A stretch of DNA of 64,000 bases, from positions 2,840,927 through 2,904,926 of the forward strand of contig MU053513.1 of NCBI GenBank assembly GCA_013239625.1, given 5' to 3'. Made by a program: the position numbers and the translations under genes. This DNA is from Lama guanicoe. Its lineage: Eukaryota. Position 1 is the first letter of the stretch, and each line of letters starts with the position of its first letter. Below are positions 1-14,189 of the stretch, one piece after another. The notes under the pieces were generated by a model. The model did no database searches, had not been told where the DNA came from, and saw nothing but the letters and a program-made list of their open reading frames with translations.

Positions 1-1269
1 TCAAATTCACAACCCATAGCCTTAATGACCAGCAGTTTCCCAAATGTGATATTCGGCTGCACCTCCAGGTTCTTGGGGAATTACTGCCATCCTCAATTAT
101 CTGACCTGTAATTCAGCTTAGAACTCAGCCTCATTTGATTATTAGCAGTCTGAGCTTAAGTGAGTTTGGAAAATTGCATATTGACACTGAGAGAATTTAT
201 ATTTTTTGTAGTCAAATGATTTAAGGCAAAATAGATGGGATTATAAATTTCATTCAAAGGAGTTTTAAAAACAAAGAAAGTGATTTTGGTTTTTACTCCA
301 ATTTGAGGAGCTTTAGAAAAGGGTGAAGCATAAGGCAATAGGTCTGTTGTCAACTGATATTCTCCGCGATTCATTGATATTTAACCATCAAGGGAAAGTA
401 ATTGACCAGTACAATCATGAACACAACAAAATTAGTATTATTTTGAAGTTGCACTGAAATATTGACCAGATTGTTATGGAAACTCCTTTTTCAGGAAGGA
501 AAAAAACATTCATTTTAGGGGATTTATAGTTAAGTCTTCTTAGCTTTGGCCAAATAACATTATTCAGGGAAAGAACTACCAGGGCCTCAGCACGTACAAT
601 TCACATTTTAAGATTTTTTCAATTATTTACCCAGCATGCAGGACAGTCATTATCCATGATCTATCGTTCAAACACGGGAATGGCAAACCTCTAAGACTTC
701 CTTTAACCTTTGCTCTAGCAACTAAATAAGAACGTTTCTGATTTCTGAAAGAGGAGACGCTAGATTTTTCTCACCATCAGCCACAGGCACACTTTTCATA
801 AATTTGTTTTCCACAAATATGTTTGTATTTAATCATTTATTTCCCCATGTACAAGCTCTTAATAATAACAGTTATATCTTTCATCCTATATATATATTCT
901 GAAATTGTTTTTAGATTCATAGTACTTGATACTTTCAACCAACTCTTTGATATATATCTTTAATATTCTTAACCTATATACTTACTGAATACCGAATATG
1001 TAAGTTATTAACTTAACTTTACACATAAGGAAAATGAGACACTGTGAAATTAAGTGACTAAGAGTATTAAATATGAATTACCAAAATACAAAATGGCAAT
1101 AAACAGTCATCTTCCAGTGACAGCTCATAGTGTGCAGTTGGACACACGTATCAACCAATCCCAGTGAATTCAACACAAAGACAAATTTGTTCACATGACA
1201 ATTAAAAAGTGGTTTGCTGGAACTTTCACTTCTCTCTCTACCTTGTCCTGTAAACAGCTACATTTTCTA

Positions 1270-1420
1270 AAATACTTTTTTAATAATCCTGCTTTGCATT
1301 TAGTTGTTAACATGCCTGCATCCCTCACTAGAAAAAACACTTTAAGGAAATTTCCATGTTATTCATTATTGCAGCGTTCTTAGCACATAGTAGATGTTCA
1401 ATAAATGCCTGTGTCATAAA
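1270..1420 (+). mobile_element. L2 3' end fragment
   Basis: Ends ...TAGCACATAGTAGATGTTCAATAAATGCCTG, resembling the L2 3' terminus. Boundaries approximate. Confidence 0.5.
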
Positions 1421-3964
1421 TAGACAAAAGGCTGATTTATCATACTTATGTGAGTTGATTCCTTAGGATGGAAGCTTATGTTTAGTTAACAGCCTGATAG
1501 ACTAAAGTGCTTGGAAAATAACAGTCATGAAATAAAGTCATGAAATACCATGTCTATGTTCATTCACATGTATACAATGGGCAAGCGACACGTTTACGGG
1601 CATGTAAAAATGTACCTGCTTTCTGGCCAAAGGTTATGACCTGTCTCTGATTCTTGCTGCTTAAGACAAGTTCTAGGCAATGTTAATGGTCACATCCGTT
1701 GGAAAGAAACCTGGGAGCCCGGATTTTATTTCATCCAGGGGGCCTGCCTGGGCTCGCTGTTCGAGGCCGTTACCTGTGAGGAGTGAGCAAGTAGCAACAC
1801 TCATCACGCAGCGTAAGGGAGCTTGCAGTCATCAATAAGAGTGATCAGCCAGAAGCTAAAATAAGTAAATAAGTGAATGAATGAATAGATAAGATAAAAA
1901 AAAACCCTCTAGTCACAATGTGATGCTATCATAACCAATCAGCCTCATCACATCCCACCCTTATCTGCTATCAAGAGCAGCTTTCAAAAATGATTGTCAT
2001 ATTGGACCAACGGTGCTGGATTTCAAAGGCAGTCAATGCTAGTACCCTGCATTTCCTCCATTTAGGAACAAGTGGCAGCAAGAGCCTAGCCTTGGGGATT
2101 CAACAGAAGTGGCCCATGACTTGCAGTTTTGTAGGTGGCTGCTAACCATCAGATCACTTTCACGATCCCCCTGGACAGCTGTCCATCTCCAGCTCAGTCA
2201 GCCATTGTAGTCACACTCGGTGGTAAAGTCAGACAAGGAAAAGGAAGTCTGATGGAGAGCTAGAAGCAAGACCCAAAGCCAGGCACTCATTAAGATATTT
2301 TTCCTTGCCAAAATGCAAAGAGCTTCATTGCTTTTTCCTTCTAACCATAAATATTTGTACCTACGTACCATGAAACAGTTTCAGAAAATACGGAATCCTA
2401 TCATGAAGCAAGTAGGAATCATATATAACCCCGCCACCCACTCCGCTAACTGTTCTTTTGGACTTCAAGACATCCTGCATACCCACGTTACAGAATGCAA
2501 CAGAAGGGAAGTCCTGGACTAAGAGGGAAAAGAAAATCTCTTTCTTTTTCTCTCATAGAATTAAAAAAAAATCAGATCAAAACAAGAGCAAAACCTAACA
2601 AGAATGACAAGCATTACCAGAAATCTAGAAGATACACCAGACAGGAAAAGCTTTCAAAGGAAGAGGGGAAAGACAGCAATCCAATCAGCATGTCTCAAAA
2701 ACCCACGGCACTGAAAAGCTTTAAGTAGCAGAGGCAAGAGTTCTGAGGAAGAACAAAGGGAGATACAGAGGGAAGTGTGAGCAGGTACTGGGAGGAGAGG
2801 GCAGAGAGTGAGCACAAGAGGCAGAGGCAGTAAGGATGCAAGAGGGCATCACCACAAGAAGAGAAGCACCCTAGGAATGAGGATGCCCACGCCCCATATT
2901 TCAGCCTTGAAGCCCACTTTGTGTAAGTTTGTAGACTGCCCGATTTGTTTTATTTTTGTTAAACAATATAAATATTTTTAGATGGTACAAATGAAAGAAA
3001 AAGACTTCCAGTTATAGTCAATATTTCTAACTCAAAAAAAAATCACTCAAAATTGTAAAACAGACCAAAAAAAAAAAAAACCCCCCAAAAAACTAATGAA
3101 GGTAGCTTAGCTCCATATTTCAGCCAGAATTTTTTTAGGGAATAAAATAAAACATTCTAAAAGCAAGTCAGCTTCTTACCCTGTTTCCATACCTTATTTC
3201 ATTGGCAGTTCTTTCCACATAGAAGAAAACCCAGTGTGCAAGAAATATCTGAGAAAAAAACTGATTTAACAGAGAATTTGTGTGTGTGTGTCTGAGTATG
3301 AGAGATAGAGAGTGAGAGAATTTGAGACAGATCTGCTTCTGTGAAATGAAGAGCTACAAAAAATCAGGTGGATTTGCCTTGAGTTTTACTTTTTCACCAA
3401 AATGTGATTTTCATTTTATTTGGATCTTTCTAACTTCTGATTGAAAAACCAAAAATCATCAAACTTTAATGTCTGAGTTCTCCATCCATTTTAGAGTGGA
3501 GGAAACAAAGCCTTGAGACTATGGGAGGAGGCTTGTCCAGGTTTACCTGGGTGGTTGGTGACAGCGTTGAGGCAAGCACACTCAGCATTCACCTGGTTTT
3601 GTTTCTGGGGCTTGCTAAGCGGCATCAGCTACCGATGAGCCAGCCCCTGCTCTTTCAGGAATGTGGTAAGTTAAGGGCCCTTCTAAGATGGGAAACTGAG
3701 AAAGCTGCCCTCGGCAGGGCTGTGATGCTGATCCCTGTGTGTCTGCCCCTTCTCATAAACTCTCAGCTAAAAGGATACTTTCTCCAGGAGAAGGTCTTTG
3801 AATTCAGGGCAAATGGGATTGTGCTTAATTCTGCCAAGAGGTTTCTATAAGAAGGAGGCTCAGAAAACATTCCTTCTAAGTATGAAATCAGCTCCAGGCT
3901 GATTCCTGTGGTTTCAGGAAGGCTTTTGAGTACTGTCTTCAAGTGTTTACAAAATTGACATTCT

Positions 3965-4860
3965 CATCAACAAATATTTGTTGGGACTTAATATATACCT
4001 AGTACTCTGCACAGAAAGATGAAAGACAGCCTTGAGGGGCTTCCAATCTTGCCAATCTCGCTGGCCAGGTGGAATCATACGTAAAGGATAAGAAACAGCC
4101 AAAGCAGCCTAAACAAAGTGCAAGATCCAGGGCAGGAAAAATAAATGTCTATGGAATTCATAGAAGAGAGAGATAAACAGGGCTGTTAGAAACAGCTGCA
4201 TGAAAGAGCTGACTTTTGAGCTGGACCTAAACAGATGTGTGTGCCACGGATCCAGAAGGAAGAGCACTTCAGCTGGGGGAACAGGACAAGCAAAGACACA
4301 AAGCTCAGAGCAGGTTGGAGGACAATGAGCAGACTCCTTTGGCTGGGCTGGAGAATACCTGTAAGGACTAGCCAATGACAAGCCTGGAGAGACGGTAGGG
4401 CAAAATTCTCAGGACAAGAATGTCACATGAAAGATATTATTGGCATGAGAAGCCATCAAAGATTTGTGGGTAGGTGAACGAAATGTAAAAGTGATTTAGG
4501 ATGATTAACCCAATAGAAGTATAAAATGTGGCCTAAAGGGCAAAAGACAGGAAGGAAGGAATAGAGGGAGAAAAGTTTAGTAGTCTAAACATGAGATGAG
4601 GGGAACCTTGAAATAGTAATAAACCTATAATCATATAATCAATATTATGAAGCAAGAGATGGTGGACTTCGCAATGCAATCAGGGTTTGTTTGGAAACTT
4701 GAGCCAAGTTTTAGTTAAGTTCCACATAGAAATTGCCTAACAGCTAACCTAGTTTAGGAGACCAACGTTTACAAATGACATCAGAGATGGAGACAGCATG
4801 TAACGGTGACGGTTGACGCTATGGGACTGAATGAGTTGTCTCAGGGAGAGAATGTTTCAT
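3965..4860 (-). mobile_element. L2 LINE fragment (degenerate)
   Basis: Begins CATCAACAAATATTTGTTG, followed by purine-rich L2-like blocks (TTTGAGCTGGACCTAAA; AGAAGCCATCAAAGATTT; GATGGTGGACTT). Boundaries approximate. Confidence 0.6.
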
Positions 4861-5319
4861 TTTTGCTTAACATATAAAGGGAACAGAATCAAAATAAAGA
4901 CCAGTGTCATAGTTTCGTGGAAGTACAACAGTAACTGACCAAGCCTGACAACCTCAACCTGGATTCCTTGAGCAGCCTCTGCTTCCCGATGCTTCCTGAT
5001 GCCCCAAGACCAATGACTGTGGCCACGGGTCTGGAAAGAATCCATCATTCCAAAAAGTGAAACCCAAGTAGTTGGAAACCTGGTGACTTGCCTTCCAGAG
5101 CTCAAGCCTCTCAAAACTCCATTCTGGAGAGCATGCTGGTTATGTAACAAGGGCCCCCATGCTGTTTTCAGTATGATACAAGTAATGACTTTTTTCTAAA
5201 GGAAAGAAAAATCAAAGTCCGAATGATTACATTATACACAATAAAACATCAGTGGAGGAAAAGTAATATTAGATTGAAATTATTCTCCTAATAGTGTAAC
5301 ACAGATACAAAATAGTTCA

Positions 5320-5500
5320 TAATAATGATTAATATTTACTAATGCTTACCATGTGCCAGGTCCTAGCTATGACATTGATAAATATTGTTTAGTTTAATTA
5401 TAACAAAAGTACAGAGAGTAGATATTATTTCAACCTTACTTTACATACGGGAAAACTCAAGCATAGAGAGTTTGCTCTTGGCTAAGTCACATGGGTGGTA
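5320..5500 (-). mobile_element. MIR SINE
   Basis: AATAATG...AATATTTACTAATGCTTACCATGTGCCAGG...TTTACATACGGGAAAACTCAAGCATAGAGAG...CTAAGTCAC matches the reverse MIR core. Confidence 0.7.
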
Positions 5501-7254
5501 TGTGGGGAACAGTCGTGTGTTATTATCTGTAGCAAAGAGCCAACACCTACTCCCACACATCATCATAACCCGAATCTGGATGAACCTCTTCTAACTTGAA
5601 AATTTAGCAAAACTAGTCCATAGTTTTAGACAAAACACAGATGAGTCAAACATATAGACACACACTCATATTTGCAGGAAGGGAAGGGCTAATGGGTATT
5701 TTAGCTATATCAGTGACATCAGCCAAGAAACCTCTTTATAAAGCTCCTCTTGGTAAGAATTCACATTTGCAGTTCATTTAACAAAAAGGCGTTAAGTTAT
5801 GGTTTCTGGTAAGGCTAATGGTTGAATTTCAAAACTCGTAATAGAGATGGACCTTGGCTTCACTAACGTCTCCACATACACTTTCAAGGAAAACGTAGTC
5901 CGTTTACCAAAGGAGCAGAAATGTTTTTAAAGTTAATTAGATGTAATTGTCACACTTTCATTAGCTATTAACATTATGTAAAGATAAACTAATGCATAAT
6001 GAGTTCTTTCATTGTCACATAATTGTAATTTTAATGATTGCATTATGACCACTATAGTACAGTGCATATTTTCAATTTTCCCATTAGTGGGCAATTATTT
6101 ATAAGGTTTCCTATTACAATCTGTCCATAGAGACCAGGTTATTAATGCCTTCATTTTCCTATAATGATGACCACAGTATTGAAATCAATATGATGGCCAC
6201 AGGGAGAATTGCAAAGTAACATGGAATGAACGACAAAACTACAGCCATGAAGTCAGCTCATTCAACACACGCCTGAGGTAATTTCAAGATGGAGAAAAAG
6301 AGTGTATTAATATTCTTATGAGAAATTCTAGTTTATAGGGTTTCCTCAAGTATATTTTCCTTCATTTTTTGTGGCTTTAACTCTCCAACTCTTTCCTAAG
6401 AAAGTCTCCATGGTATGAAATGTCCAATAGTGTAACCTTTGAAAAATGGCTTAAGCAGATTTCACCATTCAGAGGACTAAATTAACATCTCAACAAAGCC
6501 ATTTTGAGAAATGTTTCAAATTGTTCAATCTCAGGGTTGTATGTCAAGAAGTGAAATGCTGATGAATCATATGATCTATCCCCAAAGATGATGAAGAGTG
6601 GGGCGCATTTACTAGAACAAAGGCCACGGGTGACGGGACAGGGCAGTGGCTATGGCAACAGTGATCGTGAGTCCTGCAAACCAATAATAATCATAGCAAC
6701 AACAATAATAGTAACATCTAATAGAGTTTTTGCTTTTAACCCCTACCTCTGAGAACTCATTCATTATTCTTTTTGTGAAGATTGAGACGATCTGGGGGAC
6801 TTCGAGAGTTGTCCAGGAGTTTGCAAAGAGATTTAGGAATGTAGCCTGCTAAAGAGCTGGCCCTGGCTGGTGTGTGACTTGTTCTTGAGGCCTCTTTCAG
6901 AGGCATCAAGCTCTTCAGAGCTTTGCTGTGGCCCTGTGGAACCACATATGTCTCCCTCAACTACACGGGAGCTGTCCCAGTAATTCTGAGTCCCCGGCAC
7001 CTTGGACTCCACAAGGTTTGTGGAGGAAATTAATGAACTAGTTAGATTTAAACCCCACATTTCAAAGTACCTCATAGCTTGTATTATCTAACTTGATGGT
7101 AAAACTAAACAGGTTTTTACCATGACCCATTGTCCTTCCCTGAGAAAAGCTGTTGGTCAGTATTCAATATATATGTATCCATATAGTTTGTTGATAAGAC
7201 TTGAACATTTTGATTTTTTCCCCATTCAAATGGAGGAGAATGAAGAATCCTAGG

Positions 7255-7430
7255 CACTGGCTCTTAAACATTGGCATGTGTCAGACAATCCTAGGGAGCT
7301 GATAAAATGCAGAGCCCTAGGTTCTGTTCCTAGAGATTATAAATCTACAGGGCTAACCAGCTATATTTTTGTCAAAACCCTCCAGGAGATTCAGAAACAG
7401 GTGGTCCACAGAGCACATACATGAACCAGT
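7255..7430. mobile_element. MER5-family hAT-Charlie fossil (MER5B-like)
   Basis: CACTGGCTCTTAAAC...GGGAGCTGATAAAATGCAGAG...CCAGGAGATTCAG...GTGGTCCACAGAGCACA. Confidence 0.55.
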
Positions 7431-8009
7431 AAACATGGCACTTGTCTGGGATTCAGAAGACCCTGTGATCAAAGCTTCACTACGGTAAGAGGTGTGACTA
7501 TGAGGAAGTCACTAAATCTACCCTGGTCTTAGGTTTCCTCGCCCGTGAGATGTGTGTCTTGGGCTCATTTTGGAGTTTCCCTACTTAAACCTCTGTAGAA
7601 GAGGACCGTGAAATTGGCAATAGAGATTCTTGAACTATGGATAATATTTCAAAAAGTCAAATAGCAGTCATTTATTTATCCAACACACACTCTTACTGAC
7701 ACATCTACTTTTTTGGTTTTCAGCTGGAACTATACCACCTCTGGTTACCAGAATTTCTAATGGCAGTTTTATTTGTTTCAGATTTATAAAAATGGAGAAG
7801 TGAATACTATTTAACAAACACATCTTTTTTTGTAGACCACATCTTTCAAAGCATAAAGCCCACAGGGGCAAAACTGCATAAAAAGAATATTAGTATGAAA
7901 ATGTTGGAACACAGTGGGATAGACATTTCTAAGTTCCAATCCAACCCTAAGAGTTCTTGACCAATGTTGCCTCTTAAATTAAAGAACTGACAATTCCAGA
8001 TAGACTCAC

Positions 8010-8830
8010 TGCACCCACTCCGTGACTGGATAGTGAGCATCACCTACGTGCCAGGTGCTATTCGAGGGGGCAGAGGTGCAGCACTGGGTGAAAGACAGTC
8101 TTGCCCTCATAGTGCTTACAGTCTAGTGGGGGGAAGATGAGCAGAGCAAAATCATAACGTCTCAGGCCATGGTAAGTGACAGAAAGGACAAAAAACACTA
8201 GTGAGCCATGAAAAAGAATAAAATAATGCCATTTGCTGCAACATGGATGGATCTGGAGATGGTCATCCTAAGCAAAGTAAGCCAGAAAGAGAAAGAAAAA
8301 AACCATATGGTATCGCTTACATGTGGAATCTAAAAAAAAGACAGAAATGAACTTGTTTACAAAACAGAAACAGACTCACAGACATAGAAAATATAGTTAT
8401 GGTTACCAGTGAGGGAGGGGGGTAGGAAGGGATAAACTGGGAGTTAGAGATTTGCAGATACTAACTAATATATATAAGACAGATAAACAACAAGTTTATG
8501 CTGTATAGCACAGGGAACTATATTCAATATCTTGTAGTAAGCTATAATGAAAAAGAATATGAAAAGGAATATATGTATGTATATATATGACTGAAACATT
8601 ATGCTGTACACCAGAAATTGATACGCTATAAGCTGACTACACTTCAATTTTAAAAAGAAACAACACGTATCTTAAAAAAAAGGACAATAGAGTTTGGTAA
8701 GCAGGTTGGGGGTGAGGGAGAGATGGAGGGTGTTGTCAAAGAAGGGCTCTCTGATAAGGCAACATCTGAATCAAGACCTAAAGGAACTGAAGGAGAAAAA
8801 TCATACAGGTCTCTGGGAGGACTAGAGACA
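8010..8830 (-). mobile_element. L2 fragment split by an L1 insertion
   Basis: TGAGCATCACCTACGTGCCAGGTGCT...TGCCCTCATAGTGCTTACAGTCTAGTGGGG lies before the L1, and GTCAAAGAAGGGCTCTCTGATAAGGCAACATCTGAATCAAGACCTAAAGGA after it. Confidence 0.7.
8192..8678 (+). mobile_element. 5'-truncated L1 (ORF2 terminus plus artiodactyl-type 3'UTR)
   Basis: ...TGCCATTTGCTGCAACATGGATGGATCTGGAG...ATGTGGAATCTAAAA...CAGACTCACAGACATAGAAA...ACTTCAAT plus A-rich tail. Probable TSD AAAGGACAA at 8183-8191 and 8679-8687. Confidence 0.9.
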
Positions 8831-11800
8831 TATTGAGCTACAGAATATATGTCTTTCAAAATAGGAAGATGATTCATCTTTTATATTATGACAAGCCTTA
8901 CTTAAGCTAACATATTTATGTGCTCTGGGCAGACTCCAGGTTTACAGAAAAGCATGTGATCATGACTTCTTAACAGGGCTTACAGAGAGCACAGGTGAAA
9001 TCACTAGTCCACTGATTATCTGACAACGAGGTAAAGCCTGGACTTGGGTACCATACTTATTTTTGCCGCCTCAAGAACACGTCTTGGTTTGCCGCACATC
9101 CTTGTGGTCAATCTACTTTTCGTTCACTCTGGGATTTGTTCTGTCTTGGCAGGGTTTCTCGGCTGCTTTCATTTCCTACCTACTGACAGCCTGATGAGCA
9201 TGATTTACAAATATTAAAAATAAAGAGGTGAGACCAGATGCAAAGAACCTGCCAACACATGCCAGAATCTCTGATGAGTTCCCAGTAAAACTAGAGAACA
9301 CGTTTCAAACACCAGTGGATTCCCTGTCTAGGACAATGTCTGGCACTTAGTTAGCACCCAGGGAATCTGTGCTCCAAGGATGAATGAAATGTTTGTGAGA
9401 GACTTGAATAACGCCGCACTTCCAGGCTGCCTATCTCAAACCAAAATAAAAGTGCTGCCTAAATAGAATAGCTTGGTGTGAGTGTATGTGGGTGTATGTT
9501 AGTAAACAGGATGTTTTCTATCCCTTACGAGAAAGCCTTGGCAGCTGCTCACTGAGCTCCTAATAGAGGAAGCTGCTAGTTTTACATCTTTGAAAGCCCC
9601 TATTTGCATAGACGCGATATAGAAGGCAGAAGTTAGAAATGGAAACAGTATGTGATCACCAAATTTCACTTTTACTCGAAAGTTCTGCCTGTGGTTTGTG
9701 ACTTTTGGAAATGAGGATGTGCTGACAACAAAATTAACTCCTCCAAAGAGCTGAGAATTGCCTGCTCTCATCATCCCGCTCACTATAATTTACATGACTT
9801 GACGAAATTAGACTGTTATTTTCATCGGGGTGATCTGCAAAATCATAAAATGATGTGTATTTTGGGAATGACTAATTAACTCTCGTTAGTTTCACTGAGG
9901 TTTGAGCTACTAATATAAGCACTGCAAATTTCATGGAGGTGTTCACATCTAGTTGTAGTAACCCAAAGAGATACTCAAAGGACTTGAAAGAAAACTCTCC
10001 CTAGAAAATCAGGCAATAATGAGGATTCAGATCAAATGGCGACCCTCTGAGATAAAACCAGACATGCACTCTTTATCCCATAGCTTCATCATTTGATTTG
10101 AATCCCCAGATGTACACTCACTTGCCAAAACTTGCCTTGCAGCAAACAGCAAGGAACATTTTTATAGTTGAAGCCAATATTAATAATCAAAACAGCAGAG
10201 TTACAGACATATACACACAAAGTCCATCCCTATTCACAGTTTTTATCACAAATGTTAACTAGTATTGATCAAACTGCTTGTCACAAAAGTTTGGTTTAAC
10301 ATATAATCAGTATATGAAGTGAGAGCCATGTTTCCTAGACAATTTCCAGCACCTTGTGTCATCCTTGTAAATAATGGGCTACTCCTATTGGGCACCATCT
10401 GCTTAATATAGAAAAATGTTCATCTTAATGAGGAAATTCTCCTTATTATTTAATATTTATTGAACACCCACAATGCGCTTGGCAGCAGAAACACCAGAAA
10501 CATTTTCTGCCCACTAAGAATCCACCTGCTAGGGAAAATATGATGAACCAGTTATGCAATCATTTCTGTTTTTAACATATTTCATGTAACTCTTTCCAAG
10601 AGACAGAGTTGCCAATGATTCACTCTTTGGGAGGGCTTTGGCTCCTAATTAAGGTGGGATGGTGAGCTATGAGTTATGAGTGAAGTAGATGATAGAGAAA
10701 AAAATTAATTATGTTTACCATGAAGAATATGTGAAACTTGTACCATTAATGGAAGAAAATTTAGTGCACTGTTAAGTAAACTCAACTGTATTCGTCATGG
10801 ACTGACAGATTGGGACTACATAATTTATTAGAAAAACAGAATGCATAGTGGAAAAGTCACCTTGAAAAGGCAACCATTCTTTGTTCTGCATCTACCTTCA
10901 GTGCTTCTGCACCTCCACAGTGGTGCAACTATGCTTTGTCATATGAACATCTTAGTTAATAAAGATTTAATGGTCAAAAATCCACTCTCAACTACAAGAA
11001 CTAAGACAAACTGACAAGCTCTCCCAGAAAGCTCCATATATATCTCCCTTTCTATTTTCTATTCTCCAATCAACAAAAGTTCAAGAAAATTTGACATGTT
11101 CAATATTGCAACTGTGTAGAGAGGCATTCTTGGGGGAGAATAAATGACCTTTTCACATCAAGAGACTGTTCCATATATGCCTATAATAGTCTCTCAGCAT
11201 GAATCATCTAGCACTAACGTTAATTATCCTTTTAGTGAAAATTATAAATTAAAAAAAATGTGGTTTTGCTCCAATAATTGAATCACTCAAGTAGGCTATT
11301 TTTTCCCCAGATCTTCAGTTTTAACTCATTTTCCACTTCATATGAAAAAAGTTTCCCCATCCACCTTGCCAATGTCTCACTATTTCTAGTTTTGCTTTGT
11401 TTCTTTATACTTCTCACTAAATCATATGTGCTCCTCATTCTGATTTCTTCATAAGGAAAACATACAATGAATGAAAAAGAATGTGATGAAATTGGTCATA
11501 ATGTTACTTATTGCCCTCAAGGTTTATTGTTTTTCACAAATCAGCAATACCAATCACCCCAGTTATCCCTCTGGATCATGTTGGCTCCATTTGGAACATG
11601 AGATAAAGGAATATTATCCAGGATCTTAATTTTATGGATACACTTTCTAGATAACCACCTTACCCAAATAATTCAGGCAAAAGAGAAATTATATGTTAGT
11701 GGAGGTAATGCTGGGAAGATGACAGTTGTCAAACCGTGCTGATATGAACCTTAAATGACTATAATTTGAAAGAAATACATGACAGAGGGATAATGACTAG

Positions 11801-12204
11801 CTCATATATTGTCAGGGTAATAAATACCTAATGAGCAAAATTGTAAAGCAAATAGTAGGTTGAACATACACCCAAATGTTGATTCTTGATCCAAAGTCAG
11901 AGAACAGAATGATTTGTCTCTCTGTCTAGATGATAAAGCATCGCTTCTTCATAAGCTGATGAGCAGCACCATCTGGCATGATTACAGAGGAGCAAGATCT
12001 TAAGCAAGTGAAGAATAAAATGACAGGGCCACAGTAGGATTTTCACAGGAGTTAAAACATTCCTCACCATTAACAATACTCATAATAAACATAACTTTAG
12101 ATGCTCCCATAACACTACGCCAATAGTATAAATAGTATTACAGGACTGAGTGTGCTCAAAATAATTGAATATAATTCCTGATATCTCAGAATCTTTCTCT
12201 ACCA

Positions 12205-12392
12205 TAGTGGTTCTCAAAGTGTGGTCCCAGAACCAGCACCAACAGCATTACCTGGGAGTTTGTTAGAACTGCAAACTCGAGGGCCTTGCCCCAGAGCCAC
12301 CCGCCCTGAAACTCTCAGGTTAGGCCCAGCAATCTGTGTTTTAACCAGCCTTCCAGGTAACTGTGATGTAGACTCACACTTAGGGACTGCTG
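12205..12392 (+). mobile_element. MER5A (hAT-Charlie non-autonomous element), full length
   Basis: TAGTGGTTCTCAAAGTGTGGTCCC...GGCCCAGCAATCTGTGTTTTAACCAGCC...GGACTGCTG, 188 bp. Perfect 8-bp TSD CTCTACCA at 12197-12204 and 12393-12400. Confidence 0.9.
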
Positions 12393-12854
12393 CTCTACCA
12401 AACTAAGTATGAGTCAGAGATTTTTGCTGTCTTTGCTGGGTACTAAAGAGATGAGCTAATTTGGTCTATTGTTTAAACAATATGGTCCATGTGCTGAAGA
12501 ATAAAACTCAGTCAGCCTAGTTCCCTGTAACATGATATACTCTTCGAATAAAAAGGCTATCATCATAGTACCTTTTTGTAGAACAACAGTGGAACAAATT
12601 GCCTTAAACTTGCACCTTAATAATATGGTTTCTGAACTATGCATTTTCTTCTTTTTAAGCTAACTTTTTAAAACTGAAGTATAGTCAGTTACAATGTGTC
12701 AATTTCTGGTGTACAGAATAATGTTTCAGTCGTATGTATACTACATACATTCATTTTCATTAACTTTTTAAGCTACTTTAGTAGTTGTCCTGAGACAAGT
12801 TTTCCAAGTTTTCCTGAATCCTTTATTTACTTAATTGGTTTTCCACCTCCTGGT

Positions 12855-13470
12855 CATTCATTCAGCAAATACTGAACACCTACTATATGCCACCCACTGT
12901 TTTAAGTGCTGGGATACATCAGTAACAAAGACAATGATCCCTGCCCTTAGGGAACTTACATCCTAGTAGAGGAGAAAGACCAAAAACAACAAATGATAAA
13001 ATCAGTAAGTATGTAAAATATAAGAAGGTAAATGATGCTATTGGGGAAAAAAGGAAAAGCAGAACAGAGTAAGGAGAATTGGGAATGCTGCTTATGGGGA
13101 GTGGGAATTTCAATTTTAAGTAGTATTATGGTCGACCCACTGAGCAGGTCACATGAATAAAATCTTGAAGGAGGTGATGAAGTTGATCACACAGTATATG
13201 AAGAGAAAGAGTGATCCAGAGAAGAGATAAAATAAAGGCCCGTAGGAGGCAGCAGGCCTAGTGTGTTTGAGATGCAACCTGGAAGACTGCTTAGCTAGAG
13301 CAGAGTGAGCATGGAGGAAATTTTATAAACAAAGTTCAGAGAGCAAACGAGAGGCCAGATCACCCTGGAAGTCATTATAAGTCTTTGTAAAAACTTGTGC
13401 TTTTACTCTAGGGGAAATAAGGGACTATCCCAGGGTTTTGAGCAGAAGAATGACAGGATCTGAATTATAT
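12855..13470 (-). mobile_element. L2 (L2a-like) 3' portion
   Basis: CATTCATTCAGCAAATACTGAACACCTACTATATGCC...GATCCCTGCCCTTAGGGAACTTACATCCTAGT...GGGTTTTGAGCAGAAGAATGACAGGATCTGA. Confidence 0.85.
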
Positions 13471-14189
13471 CAAAAAACTCAATAAATTTTCCTCTAAGTC
13501 TACGTACAAATTCATCAACTATTTATGCAGTGAGTTGGAAGACACTGCATACTTTTTTTTCCTTTTCTTTATGTTCTACATGAAGTTATTTAAAAGCATT
13601 TCACTAAGGCTATTCACTTTCTTTGCTTTCAGTGAAGAAAATACTATCTAGGGGACAATTAGACGATGAAGTCGAGAGTGACCAGTTCTCATTCACTTGG
13701 GTATTTGCTTTCTGCCTCCTGTGGTGGTTGCTGTATTTGCTTCCTAAGGTCCAAGGGCATAACCTTGGGTTTGGGTGCTAGGAATTGTTTTTTCACCAGG
13801 CAACTGACAACTAACAGAACTGTGAATGAAGTCTTGGAACCTGCTTTGTCTCAGAAGTGAAACTAAAATGGAAACCTGTATTTGAGGAATGACTCTGTCA
13901 GTGACTTATTAAAAACCCAGTGCCCAGTCACAAAATCCCTGGAGAAGGTAATAGAGTTGCCAACCTTTGGATAAGATAGAGCAAGGGTAGTCTTCTGAGT
14001 AGAAGTGTGGAGACTTTTCTATCAAAATCCAATCTTATAACTGGCCTTATTTGGTATCATTGTGACCCCTATATCCTGAAGAAAAGTGTTTCGAAATTCA
14101 CAAGTATTTCAACAAGTGACAAAGGGACTTGTAAACTTAAAAAAAAAAAACCTATCAGGTATTACTTCTTTCACTTCTTTACTAACTTG

